A DNA stretch of 64,000 bases from Octopus sinensis (lineage: Eukaryota): contig NC_043011.1 in assembly GCF_006345805.1 (NCBI RefSeq), forward strand, positions 44,156,464 to 44,220,463, read 5' to 3'. The position numbers and the translations under genes were made by a program. This document shows, piece after piece, positions 38,951 through 50,764 of this stretch. Position 1 is the first letter of the stretch. Every line of letters begins with the position of its first letter. The notes under the pieces were generated by a model. That model was not told the DNA's origin, made no database searches, and was given only the letters and a program-made list of their open reading frames with translations.

Positions 38951-39943
38951 GTGTATGTGTGACTTTGTGTCTTGACAACTGGTGTTGTGTGTTTATGTCC
39001 TGCAATTTAGCGGCTTGCCAAATCAGACCGATTGAATAAGTGCTAGGCTTAAAAGAGAATATGTCATAGGATCAATTTGTTCAACTAAAACCCTTCTAGG
39101 TGGTGCTCCAGTATGGCCGCAGTCAAAATGACTGAAACAAGTAAAAGAATAAAAGAAAAACAAGTATACACACACATACATATATATTACATATGTACAG
39201 GTGTTTAGCCAGATGTTAAGGTAACCTAAAACTGCGTGCACACGCATGTGTGTGTGTGTATGTGTATATATCACTATCTGTAGAATATTAACCTTGATTG
39301 TACACACTTGATTTATCATTGAACACCCCCTATGATCACCACCACCACCACATTATTTTCCTTAGGATCTAGAACTTTCTCTTGAACCCAAGTAAACATT
39401 ATTATCAGTCTCTATATTACAGAGCATTCCCCCCTCCACACACACATACACACTTTCATGCCCCCACCCTGATTATTGTCTGTCTTACCTTGACCTCTCT
39501 TACTCCTCCCCCCACTTTTCTTCTGCCCTTATCTCTTTCTAAGAATTTATTTGTTTTGCTTCTTTTTTTTTAGTTTGTTCTTTACCTCTGCAACTGATGG
39601 TGTTTATTTATTTTTTTATTAATATATTTTGATTTTTAAAAATTATGCTTTTTTTTGTGAATTTGTTTTAATGTATGTCTGCTCCAGGTACCAGTGTCTT
39701 ATGACCAAGCAGTCACAAGTTCAAACCTAACTTGGTACACACACACACACACATATCTATTTGTCCCTCTGTCTGTCTGTGTATATATATATGAACAATA
39801 TTACTGTTAAAGGTGTGAACTTGTAAGGATCTTTGGGATAATAACTTATGAGGAATTACCAACATCTTGTCCTGTGTGTGAATTTTCCATTTTTCCTTTG
39901 TTTCATTTCTGTTCAAATTTTGAAATTTATATATATATATAAC

Positions 39944-39981
<38 letters not shown>

Positions 39982-40070
39982 AATTAATATAGATAAGGAT
40001 AAGATCGATATTTAAATGCTGATCTTATCAGGTGGCCAGCATGGGAATAAAAACCTTTCAAAGGTAATAA

Positions 40071-40604
40071 TTATTTAAAATTATAAATTAAGGTATCTAA
40101 GAGATACCACCATGCTGGAAATAGCAGTGTCAAAACTTGACTCTAAAACCACATTAAATGTTCATATATCACCGGGAGAGAAGACAAAAGGACAAAATAA
40201 ACTAGCAAAAAGAAAAAAAATTACTGGATAATTCCAGATCCCGGATTTCTGGCTTTGCATAAGAGATGCTCTGCCTTCATCAGTGGAATACACTCAGATA
40301 GCACATAAATACAAATATATATACATACAACATACGATATACTTACGTAAAGCATCTGTTATGCAAAGCCAGAAATCCGGGATCTGGAATTATCCAGTAA
40401 TTTTTTTCTTTTTGCTTAAATCCTTAGGAATGTTTTAGCCCGAAGGCCGAGGCCATGCTGGGGCACCACCGTGTTTATTTTGTCCTTTTGTCTTCTCTCC
40501 CAGTGCTATATGAACATTTAATGTGGTGTTAGAGTCAAGTTTTGACGCTGCTATTTTCAACGTGGTGGTATCTCTTTGATACCCTAAATTATAATTTTAG
40601 ATAA
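40071..40604. repeat. Nested inverted repeat: outer arms 40071-40202 / 40473-40604, inner arms 40204-40270 / 40351-40416
   Basis: Inner arms nearly perfect (1 substitution, 1 poly-A length difference); outer arms about 90% identical. Confidence 0.92.
40231..40289 (-). ncRNA. Type-I hammerhead ribozyme motif, best-formed in the window
   Basis: Minus strand reads AUUCCA-CUGAUGA-a-GGC(agaGCAUcucuuAUGCaaa)GCC-a-GAAA-UC(cgg)G-AUC/UGGAAU: canonical core, 6-bp stem I, AUC triplet. Confidence 0.72.
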
Positions 40605-41042
40605 TTCGTAAAAAGCACCATCCGACCGTGGCCGTTTGCCAGCCCCATCTGGCAACTGTGCCGGTGGCATGTAAAAAGCACCCACTACATTCATGGAGTG
40701 GTTGGTGTTAGGAAGGGCATCCAGCTGTAGAAACACTGCTAGATCAAACTGGGCCTGTTGCAACCTTCTGGTTTCCCAGACCCCAGTTGAACCGTCCAAC
40801 CCGTGCTAGCATGGAAAGCGGACGCTAAATGATGATGATGATGATAAACATACACATATAGCCACTCACAGGGACGCACACATACATGCACACACACACT
40901 CATATACGTAATTATGTATGTATGTCATTACTCAGTTTTATTTCAAGATTTCTTGTCAATAGAGAAAGAGCTGGATTCTAACTTAGATCCAAGGCTCCTT
41001 CATTGGAATTTCAACATCATCAACAGGGTATTTTTATTTGTA

Positions 41043-41073
<31 letters not shown>

Positions 41074-41422
41074 ATCAACTTGCATGTTTGTAGTCACAGT
41101 CATATACCCAAACACCCATACATACATGTATCTGTGTGTGTATGTCTGGTGTCCATATGTACAATGTTTGTGTGTATGGTGTGGTATATGTATTTGTGTG
41201 TGTGTCACTGTGTGATAATCCAATACTGAATTATACACTACAATATATTGTAGTTTGTATATGTGCATGTGTGTGTATGTGTGGTAAGAAGCTTGCTTCC
41301 CAACCACATGGTTCTGAGTTCAGTCCCACTGCATGGCACCTTGTGCCAGTGTCATCTACTATAGCTTCAGGGCAAGCAAAGCCAATGCAGCCCATCACAC
41401 ATATATATTTACGTGCTTGTAG

Positions 41423-42780
41423 GGCAGTGAGCTGGCAGAATCATTAGCACGCCGGGCGAAATGCTTAGTGGTATTTCGTCTGCTATTACGTTCTGAGTTC
41501 AAATTCCGCCAAGGTCGACTTTGCCTTTCATCCTTTTGGGGTCGATAAATTAAGTACCAGTTACGCACTGGGGTCGATGCAATCGACTTAATCCCTTTGT
41601 CTGTCCTGGTTTGTCCCCTCTATGCTTAGCCCCTTGTGGGTAATAAAGAAATAGGTATTTCGTCTGCCATTACATTCTGAGTTCAATTCCGCCACGGTTG
41701 ACTTTGCCTTTCATCCTTTTGGGGTCGATAAATTAAGTACCAGTTACGCACTGGGGTCGATGCAATCGACTTAATCCCTTGTCTGTCCTGGTTTGTCCCC
41801 TCTATGCTTAGCCCCTTGTGGGTAATAAAGAAATAGGTATTTCGTCTGCCATTACATTCTGAGTTCAAATTCCGCCACGGTTGACTTTGCCTTTCATCCT
41901 TTTGGGGTCGATAAATTAAGTACCAGTTACGCACTGGGGTCGATGCAATCGACTTAATCCCTTTGTCTGTCCTGGTTTGTCCCCTCTATGCTTAGCCCCT
42001 TGTGGGTAATAAAGAAATAGGTATTTCGTCTGCCATTACATTCTGAGTTCAAATTCCGCCACGGTTGACTTTGCCTTTCATCCTTTTGGGGTCGATAAAT
42101 TAAGTACCAGTTACGCACTGGGGTCGATGCAATCGACTTAATCCCTTTGTCTGTCCTGGTTTGTCCCCTCTATGTTTAGCCCCTTGTGGGTAATAAAGAA
42201 ATAGGTATTTCGTCTGCCATTACATTCTGAGTTCAAATTCCACCACGGTTGACTTTGCCTTTCATCTTTTTGGGGTCGATAAACTAAGTGCCAGTTACAC
42301 ACTGGGGTCGATGTAATCGACTTAATCCCTTTGTCTGTCTTTGTTTGTCCCCTCTATGTTTAGCCCTTTGTGGGTAGTAAAGAAATAGGTATTTCGTTTG
42401 CTGTTACGTTCTGAGTTAAAATTCCGCCGAGGTCGACTTTGCCTTTCATCCTTTTGGGGTCGATAAATTAAGTACCAGTTACGCACTGGAATCGATGTAA
42501 TCGACTTAATCCCATTGTCTGTCCTTGTTTGTCCCCATTTTATTTAGCCCCTTGTGGGTAATAAGGAAATAAGAATCGTTAGCATGCTGGACGAAATGCT
42601 TTGCAGCACTTCACCTGCTATTACGTTCTGAGTTCAAATTCCACCAAGGTCGACTTTGCCTTTGATCCTCTCGGGGTCAATTAAATAAGTACCAGTTATG
42701 CACTGGGGTCAATATAATCGATTTAATCCCTTTGTTTGTCCCCTCTATGTTTAGCTCCCCCCAGGGGGCAATAAAGAAAT
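41423..42780 (+). repeat. Tandem array of 7 SINE family A units, period 182-184 bp
   Basis: ggtatttcgt unit starts at 41470, 41654, 41836, 42020, 42204, 42388; the seventh unit starts near 42571 with a longer head. Confidence 0.95.
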
Positions 42781-43973
42781 ATATATTTACGTGCATGTAT
42801 GTTTGATTATATCTTTGTCCCGATCTCACACGGTAGTTCTAAAATGATTGTCAATGTCATACAAGCAGTATCGCTCATTCTGGATATGTGATGAGAACAT
42901 GTTTGGCCATGGAGAAATTATTGCATTGCTTAGAAGCACAGTTGATGGCTGGTGACAAGAAGGGCTGGTAGTTCTGTCTGACCCATGCAAGCAAGGAAAA
43001 GTGGACGTTAAACTGATGATGATATGTGTGTGTGTACATGTATGGCTAGCATGTGCATGTATGGTGTGTATATTAGTGTATGTGGAGTAGTATACATATT
43101 TGTTTAAGTTTATGTAGAAATCATAGATTGATGTTTATAAGTTTTTTTCTAAGATAAGGCACATGGCTCAGTGGTTAGAGCATCGGGGTCACAATCATGA
43201 GGTGGTGAGTTCAATCCCCAGACCGGACTGTGTGTTGTGATCTTGAGCAAGACACTTTATTTCACGTTGCTCCTGTTCACTCAGCTGTAGAAATGAGTTG
43301 CAACATCACTGGTGCCAAGCTGTATCAGTCTTTGCCTTTCCCTTGGATAACATCGGTGGCGTGGAGAGAGGAGGCCGGTATGCATGGGCGACTGCTGGTC
43401 TTCCATAAACAACCTTGTTCAGACTTGTGCCTCAGAGGGGAACTTTCTAGGTGCAATTCCATGGCCATTAATACTGAAGGGGATCTTTACGCCAAGATAA
43501 TATCTCAAATTTAAATTTGAGATTTTTTCTTATATTTATTTTGTTTACGTTTTTGTTTAGTCCTTTAGCAAAATACCTTGATGTCTTTCCTTGATTGACC
43601 TGATATATAAGCTAATTTTTTTTTAATTAGCTTTTTAATTTGTGTGTGTGTGTGTGTGTTCCACATTTTCTCATGAAAACTTTGAGTGAAAGTTGTTCGT
43701 TTACAATCTCCTCTTAGCAAATTGCTCAATAGTTTCATCATGTAATTGTGTAAGGGGAACCAGGGGAATAAAACCCATCAGTATCTTATTTATAAAACAG
43801 TTAAGGGTTGGCTTCAGGAAGAACATCCAGCCGTTGAAATCCATTTCAATCAGTTTTGACTAACCCATGCTAGCATGGCAGAAAAAAAACAAAAAGAGAC
43901 CTACAAAACTGAACAAAAGAGTGGTATGTGTGAGTGTATACATGGAGGGGAGGGAGGACTGAAATTTTTGAGT

Positions 43974-44011
<38 letters not shown>

Positions 44012-44388
44012 TATTCATCTAATGTCCTTGTTCATAGGACATTGATTAAATAATATACGTCTTGTATATCTCTTTGTGTTTCTCATTGTGCTGTACATAC
44101 ATTATTGTGTGTGTGTGTGTGTGTCTGTGTGTGCATCAGGCTGTGAGTGTGTGTGTGTATATGTATCAGGGTGTGAGTGTGTTTGTTCTTGTGTTTGTGT
44201 GTGTGTATATATATATATGGTTGTGTGTATTTGTGTGTATCAGGCTGTGTGTATATATATATATATATCACTGTGATCACCGTGACCAACCAGACTATCA
44301 GATGTTGTTACACATCGTTGGTCACAATGCGCTTCGCATTATTTTAGCCTTCAAATGACGCCACCCCGCTGGCTAAGCGAGCAGGCCA

Positions 44389-44428
<40 letters not shown>

Positions 44429-44802
44429 TTGTGTGTATTTATGTGTATCAAACTCTGTGTGTGTGTGCATGTGTGTGTTTGTTCGTGTGTGTGGTGTGTG
44501 TGTATATAATATATATATATATATATATGGTTGTGTATTTGTGTTTCAGGCTCTGTGTGTGTATGTGTGTATATATATAATATATATATATATATATGGT
44601 TGTGTATTTGTGTTTCAGGCTCTGTGTGTGTATATATATATATATTATATATATATATATATATATAGGTGGTTGTGTGTGTATTTGTGTGTACATCATG
44701 TCGTGTGTGTGTGTATATATATGTATGTCAAGCTGTGTACGTGTTTGTGTCGGGATGTGTCTTCTCGGAAGTATAGTTTCTCTGTAGTTCTTTCCTTAAC
44801 AG

Positions 44803-44859
44803 ACGTTACAAATACGTGTGTGTGAACAGAAAAACAACACACCGTTCACCTGTGCAGCA
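44803..44859 (+). CDS. Candidate symmetric cassette exon (TLQIRVCEQKNNTPFTCAA in phase 0)
   Basis: Acceptor tctgtagttctttccttaacag|, donor |gtaaga; 57 nt, open in phases 0 and 2. Splice signals only. Confidence 0.4.
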
Positions 44860-45749
44860 GTAAGATCTCGCTGCAGTTTAGAAAAATAGGTCAGGTGAGG
44901 TGAAGACAAAATTCAGTTTGTTTAGCTCTGGGTTATTTTTTTTTTTTTTTTTTTTTTTTACATTTAATTATTTTTCTCAAGAATAACTTATTTCCACCCT
45001 CGCCCCACCACTCTCTCTCTTCTTTCATTCCATTGCTGCATTTTTTTTTTTGTTTTTTTACATAAGAAAGTAAATCTGATGTAAATATTGATGTGAAGGA
45101 GTAGGATGGGGGGGGGGGTGACTGGAATCCTCCCATTCACCCCACCCACCCTTCCCACCGACCCACCAACTCTCTTTTTGGCACTCTCATCCTCCTCCCC
45201 CCTGTTATATTCCAATTTTTCTCTATCGCACTCACACTTGCCCTCAGGATGTGCAGTCAGTAACTGCATAGGTTTCACTGCCATATATGGACATGGTAGG
45301 TGGAGCCAAGACGGTACCAGTCATATACTGTTGTGATCGTATAATTCCAGCCACTCATCCACCACCGCCACCACCACCGCTATTATAACCCCACTACCAC
45401 CCCACCATCACCACCCACCACTACAACCACCACCCTAGTCTTCCATGTTTATTTAAGGCCTGATCTCAAGATAACTCATAAAAATTAGGTGTGAGAGATA
45501 CGTTTTAGGGTTTAAAGTACTAAAGCAACCTTTTTTTGAGTGACCCAGCATTAGTCCTGGAAATAAAGATGTGTCCACTTATTAGATAGTGGAAACCTGA
45601 TGAGTGTGGGTCGGCTGTTGTTCTTCTCCGCTCACCAGTTGACCGCCAAGGTAAACTGAGGTCAGTTTCTTCCACTTGTACATCTCGGACTACATTACCT
45701 AATGTGAAATAATTACCTAAGTATCCCCAATTTAAAAGTAAATGTTGCA

Positions 45750-46320
45750 TTAGAACACAAAATACTGCGATAGTTACCATGAGAGAACCTCTTATACTGT
45801 GGGGGTTTTTTTTTTGTTTTTGTTTTTTTGGTGCATAGTAGCACTCTTGCTTACATCGCTAGTGGGAGAAAAATCACCCACCATCGCCTCTGCTGAGACT
45901 TCTAGTTCACGTTGGCCTTCCCTGACTTTGTCAATGGTAGATGCCTGACCACTGGAAATAGCAGTGATATTCCTGTTAGTGATATATATGTAGAATCTCA
46001 GTATCTAACCAGACACTGGTGTTATGAATAACCAGTGGACTTATTAGAAAGTGATTAGTAATATCAGAGGCAGTATTGATACCAAAAAAATTATTCATCC
46101 CCACTTCAAGTGGATGTTCTGTTAGAACATGGAATACTGTGATAGTTCCCATGAGAGAACTTCTCCTATGGGCTTTATGGTGCATATAAACACTCTTGCT
46201 TATGATGCAAGCAGGAGAAAAATGATCCTCCATCACCACCAAGACTACCAAATCATGTTATTTCAACCTCCTGTGGCCTTGTCAATGGTAGATACTTGAC
46301 TGCTGAAAATAGCAGTGATT
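45750..46320. repeat. Old direct duplication (~45750-45970 versus ~46120-46320)
   Basis: Shared blocks gatagtt(a/c)ccatgagagaac, cactcttgctta, ttgtcaatggtagat, aaatagcagtgat in the same order. Confidence 0.75.
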
Positions 46321-48261
46321 ATTTAGAAGCTCTGTGCCTAATCATCACTTTTAAGTTACTTTTTTGATATAAATCCTGCTTCTGTTACTGATGATTATAA
46401 TTATTTAATTATCTAATCTTTGGACAAATTGCACCACAGCATTTGTTCAAGCTCTTTACTCCGGCTGGAGTCAAATTTGTTTTTCATTACTTTAGGACTG
46501 ATAAAACAAAGTACCAGTCAAATACTGGGGTCAGTTCTGCCGACTTCTCTATCTCCCCTCAAAACTGCTAACCCTGTACCTAAATTAGAAACCATTATTA
46601 TTATTACTTATTGATAAAGATAATAATATGAAGATGACAGAATCGTTAACATGCTGGGCAAGTTGCTTAGCAGTATTTTGTCCGTCACTACATTCTGAGT
46701 TCAAATTCCGCTGAGGTCGACTTTGCCTTTCATCCTTTCGGGGTCGATAAATTAAGTACCAGTGAAACACCTGGATCGATGTAATCAACTAGTCCCCCCC
46801 TCCCCGCTAAATTTCAGACCCTGTACTTATAACAGAAAGGGTTGGTAAGCTGGTAGAATCATTAGCACAACAGGCAAAATGCTTTGTGGCATTTCGTCCT
46901 TACATTCTGAGTTCAAATTCTACCAAGGTCGACTTTGCCTTTCATCCCTTCAAAGTCGATAAATTAAGTACCAGATATACACTGGGGGTCAATGTGATCA
47001 ACTAGTCCCATCCCCTAAAATTTCAGGCTTTGTGCCTTTAGTATAAAGGATTATTATTATTATTATTATTATTAGTAGTAGTAGTAGTAGTAGTAGCAGC
47101 AGCAGTAGTAGTAGTAGTAGTAGTAGAGTTGCAGAATTAACAAAATGTGGGATTAAGTCACTTACTGTATTCATTTTAGTGGTGGTTAAGGTAGGGGTCA
47201 GTCTAATTAACTAAATCCTCCCCAGGCCCCTAAATATATGACCACAGTGAAGTCCTTGATGATAAGTTGTACCACCCATACCCTAGAAAGCATGCCAAAA
47301 TGGGATGTAGAAGAAAGGTGTGGGCCCCTGAGTTTATCTTTCAGGTTTGTAACCCTGAATAACAACTGACTTGGAACATGATGACCCATCCAATTCTTGC
47401 TGGGAGGAAATGTGGAATATATGATAATATTGATCATTATGAAAAGGGCCCAAGTTCAATCTTACCCTGCAGAGCTTAAGGGTTTTACCTTAGTTAAACT
47501 CTTTGCATGGACTGGCCCCTGCATTGTTACACTCTGCCACTGTGATTCTACCCAAGAATTACTAATTATGGGTACAGATGCCTGTGGTGTACTCAGCTTA
47601 TTTTACACTATTATTTTATGAATAGGGAGTTCAAGGGATCAAATAGCTGGAATGCCCCAGGGTTAAAGCACGCAGAAGAACCATTTATTTGTAGATATTT
47701 GTGTGTGATTATGTGTGTGTGTGATTATTTGTGCGTGATTATGTGTGTGTGTGTGTTGAGTATTTTTCTGTTTGTGTGTGTGTGTTTGTGAAGGGGAGAG
47801 AGCACTTAGTGTCATAGAATGAGAAATATGCCTGTTGTTGTTGTTGTTGTTGTTTTTGTTGGTGGTGGTGGTGATTGTTGAGGGTGAGTGCAGGGAATGT
47901 AGCCGGACTCCCCTCACACACATAGGTGCACAGTCACTCGCATACGTTTTAGTAAAGAAGAATCTGTTTATTGGCTGACACTTCTGCTACTACCACCACT
48001 ACCACTGTCACCTCCACCTCCACCACTATTCCTTCTACACCACTGCTACTACTGCTGCTGCTGCTATTTCTACAACGCCGCCGCTACTGCCACCTGTAGA
48101 AACATCGCTTCCCATTAGCGTGGTTTACATTTCATATTGGACTGTCTGCGTTGTCTTTGTTTCACCTGACCGCATACTCACATACACACAGACATACACA
48201 CACACACACACACACACACACGTACAAAACCTTTGAAATTTGTAAGGCTTCCTCTGTTGTT

Positions 48262-48300
<39 letters not shown>

Positions 48301-48603
48301 CTCTCCTCCCTCTGCTGGCGGTTATATACACACACATACAGACACACATGCGCACATACACGTGTGTGGACGAGTGTTTGAATGTTTACGCACACAGAGA
48401 GGAAGAAAGACAAGAGCGAAAGAAATTGTGTGGAGAGGCATGATCTGGAAGTAAACACAAAAACACGACAGTAAGCTAGAAATAACCCGAAGACGGTTGA
48501 ACTATATAAGTGGTCAGACGGTCCGTCGGACGGACTCTAGGGAGCTGTGTAAGGTAGACAGATAGACGGATCGGTAGGTAAATAGTTAAATAGATGTAAG
48601 GCT

Positions 48604-48646
<43 letters not shown>

Positions 48647-48850
48647 TTGACAGGTCCGAGATACACGGGTAAATCGGTGAACATCTGGAGAGTGAGAGAT
48701 AGCCGAAGACATCGATGGATATAAAGCAATGATGGTCAAGAGAAGAGATCAATAAGACGAACCAATTGGTGGTGCACAGAGTGATTGATTTGATGGACAA
48801 GAGGGAAGTAGATACACGAAAATATACAAATTTGAGTAATGGATAGCTAG

Positions 48851-48887
<37 letters not shown>

Positions 48888-49067
48888 TGTGTCAATGACG
48901 TTTTGTTTTGTATAACAATGACACCACCGCCTCTGTCTCTTGCACACAATACCACCACCAACACCACTACTACTACTACTACTGTTGGTGATACTACTTC
49001 TACTACTACTGCTACTACTACCAATACTGCCGTATTTATTACTGATTGTTTACAACAACCAAAACAG

Positions 49068-49663
49068 GAACAAGAGGAGCAAGTGAAGATTCAAGATGTA
49101 GACAGTTGCAGTGTTGGTGATAGCGGGGTGGGTTTCGTTGATGATGATGATGATGACAATGATGATGATGATGATGACTGTAACACTACTACTGCCACTA
49201 CTACTACCACTGTAGTCTCAGACGGCACAAACAACAATTACAACCCATACTATAACGATCGCCACCACAACACCACCACCACCACCACCACCACCGCCAA
49301 TACCATCAGTGGTATCAATACCACCATTGACACTGCCAACTATACCGCAACCACCACCACCACCACCAACTACAACCATGAACAGAGCCACCACCACCAC
49401 AATAACAATAACATTTACGATGCCGATTGTTGTGAGGTCGACGAAGCGGAACGAGCGGAGGGGGGAAGCGCCGGGGTGGGTGACGGGGTGGTGACCTCCC
49501 CGATGTGGGACGGAAGGCGGGAGCGGGGAGACGAGGGGGTTTGTGGAAGGGCCGCGGCGGCCCCTGTGCGGGACAAGGAACAAGTGAAGAACGCTATGGT
49601 GGACTACCTGTACGAACAGACAGACCTGCATCAACAGTTGGAACACCAAAAGGATGTTATCAA
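49068..49663 (+). CDS. Myo5: Myosin V tail exon with long low-complexity insert, ending ...KEQVKNAMVDYLYEQTDLHQQLEHQKDVI
   Basis: Part of the stop-free 254-codon ORF 48903-49667. EQTDLHQQLEHQKDVI aligns with Myo5a ENLDLMEQLEKQDKTV. Donor atcaa|gtaggc (phase 2). The acceptor at 49067 (caaaacag, with upstream ctgat branch-like site) is the less certain boundary. Confidence 0.72.
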
Positions 49664-50031
49664 GTAGGCAACTTCTTCTACTTCTCTCTCTCTCTCTCTC
49701 TCTCTCTCTACCTCTCTCTCTCTCCCTTTAACACACACGTGCTTTTAAGCAAAATATACACAAGCAACAGTTATATATATATATATATATATATACCCTT
49801 TTACTCTTTACTCTTTTACTTGTTTCAGTCATTTGACTGCGGCCATGCTGGAGCACCCACCGCCTTTAGTTGAGCAAATCGACCCCCAGGACTTATTCTT
49901 TGTAAGCCTAGTACTTATTCTATCGGTCTCTTTTGCCGAACCGCTAAGTTTCGGGGACGTAAACACACCACCATCGGTTAAGCGATGTTGGGGGGACAAA
50001 CACAGACACACAGACACACAAACATACACGC

Positions 50032-50087
<56 letters not shown>

Positions 50088-50715
50088 CGATGGGCTTCTT
50101 TCAGTTTCCGTCTACCAAATCCACACACAAGGCTTTGGTCGTCCCGAGGCTATAGTAGAAGGCACTTGCCCAAGGTGCCACGCAGTGGGACTGAACCCGG
50201 AACCATGTGGTTGGTAAGCAAGCTACTTACCTCACAGCCACTCCTCTGTTCATGTATGTATGTATAGGTACATACGTAGCTGTGTGGTTAAGGAACTTTC
50301 TTTGCTGCCATGTGGTTTCAGGTTCAATCCCACTGCAAGGCACCTTGAGCAATCGCCTTCTACTATAGTCTCAGGCCGACCGAAGACTTGTGAGTGGATT
50401 TTGGTATCCAGAAACTGAAAAGAAGTCCATCTTTCATGTGTGTGTGTGTGTGTGTTGCTTGTATCGTGTTTGTTCCCCCACCGGCATCACCTGACAACCA
50501 GTGCTGGTTTGTTTACATCTCCGTCACTTGGAACAAGTACTCGTGGTCGGGTGGGGGTGATTCGTTTGATTAAAACCCCTTCAAAGCGGTGCCCCTCCCT
50601 GGATGGTTGTAATTCAATGGCTGAAACAAGCAAAAGATAAAAGATTATATGACCACAAACATTTGTGCAATCCCTTGGTCATTCGTGACCGAAGTGGGAT
50701 CTTTACCATTACACA

Positions 50716-50764
<49 letters not shown>

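Noticed and set aside
39688-39734. Candidate exon VPVSYDQAVTSSNLT
   Set aside because: Donor gtacac is weak, and joining it to the 44803 candidate creates TGA.
41423-42780. Regular array that might suggest CRISPR
   Set aside because: Units are 182-184-bp whole-SINE copies with no unique spacers, in a eukaryotic intron.
45598-45640. Other CTGATGA words (also near 16153, 38128, 46388)
   Set aside because: No downstream stem II, GAAA and NUH arrangement, so not hammerheads.
48398-48470. Candidate exon with gtaagc donor
   Set aside because: Open only in phase 1 to 2, which fits no upstream candidate; phase 2 hits a stop after 14 codons; poor pyrimidine tract.
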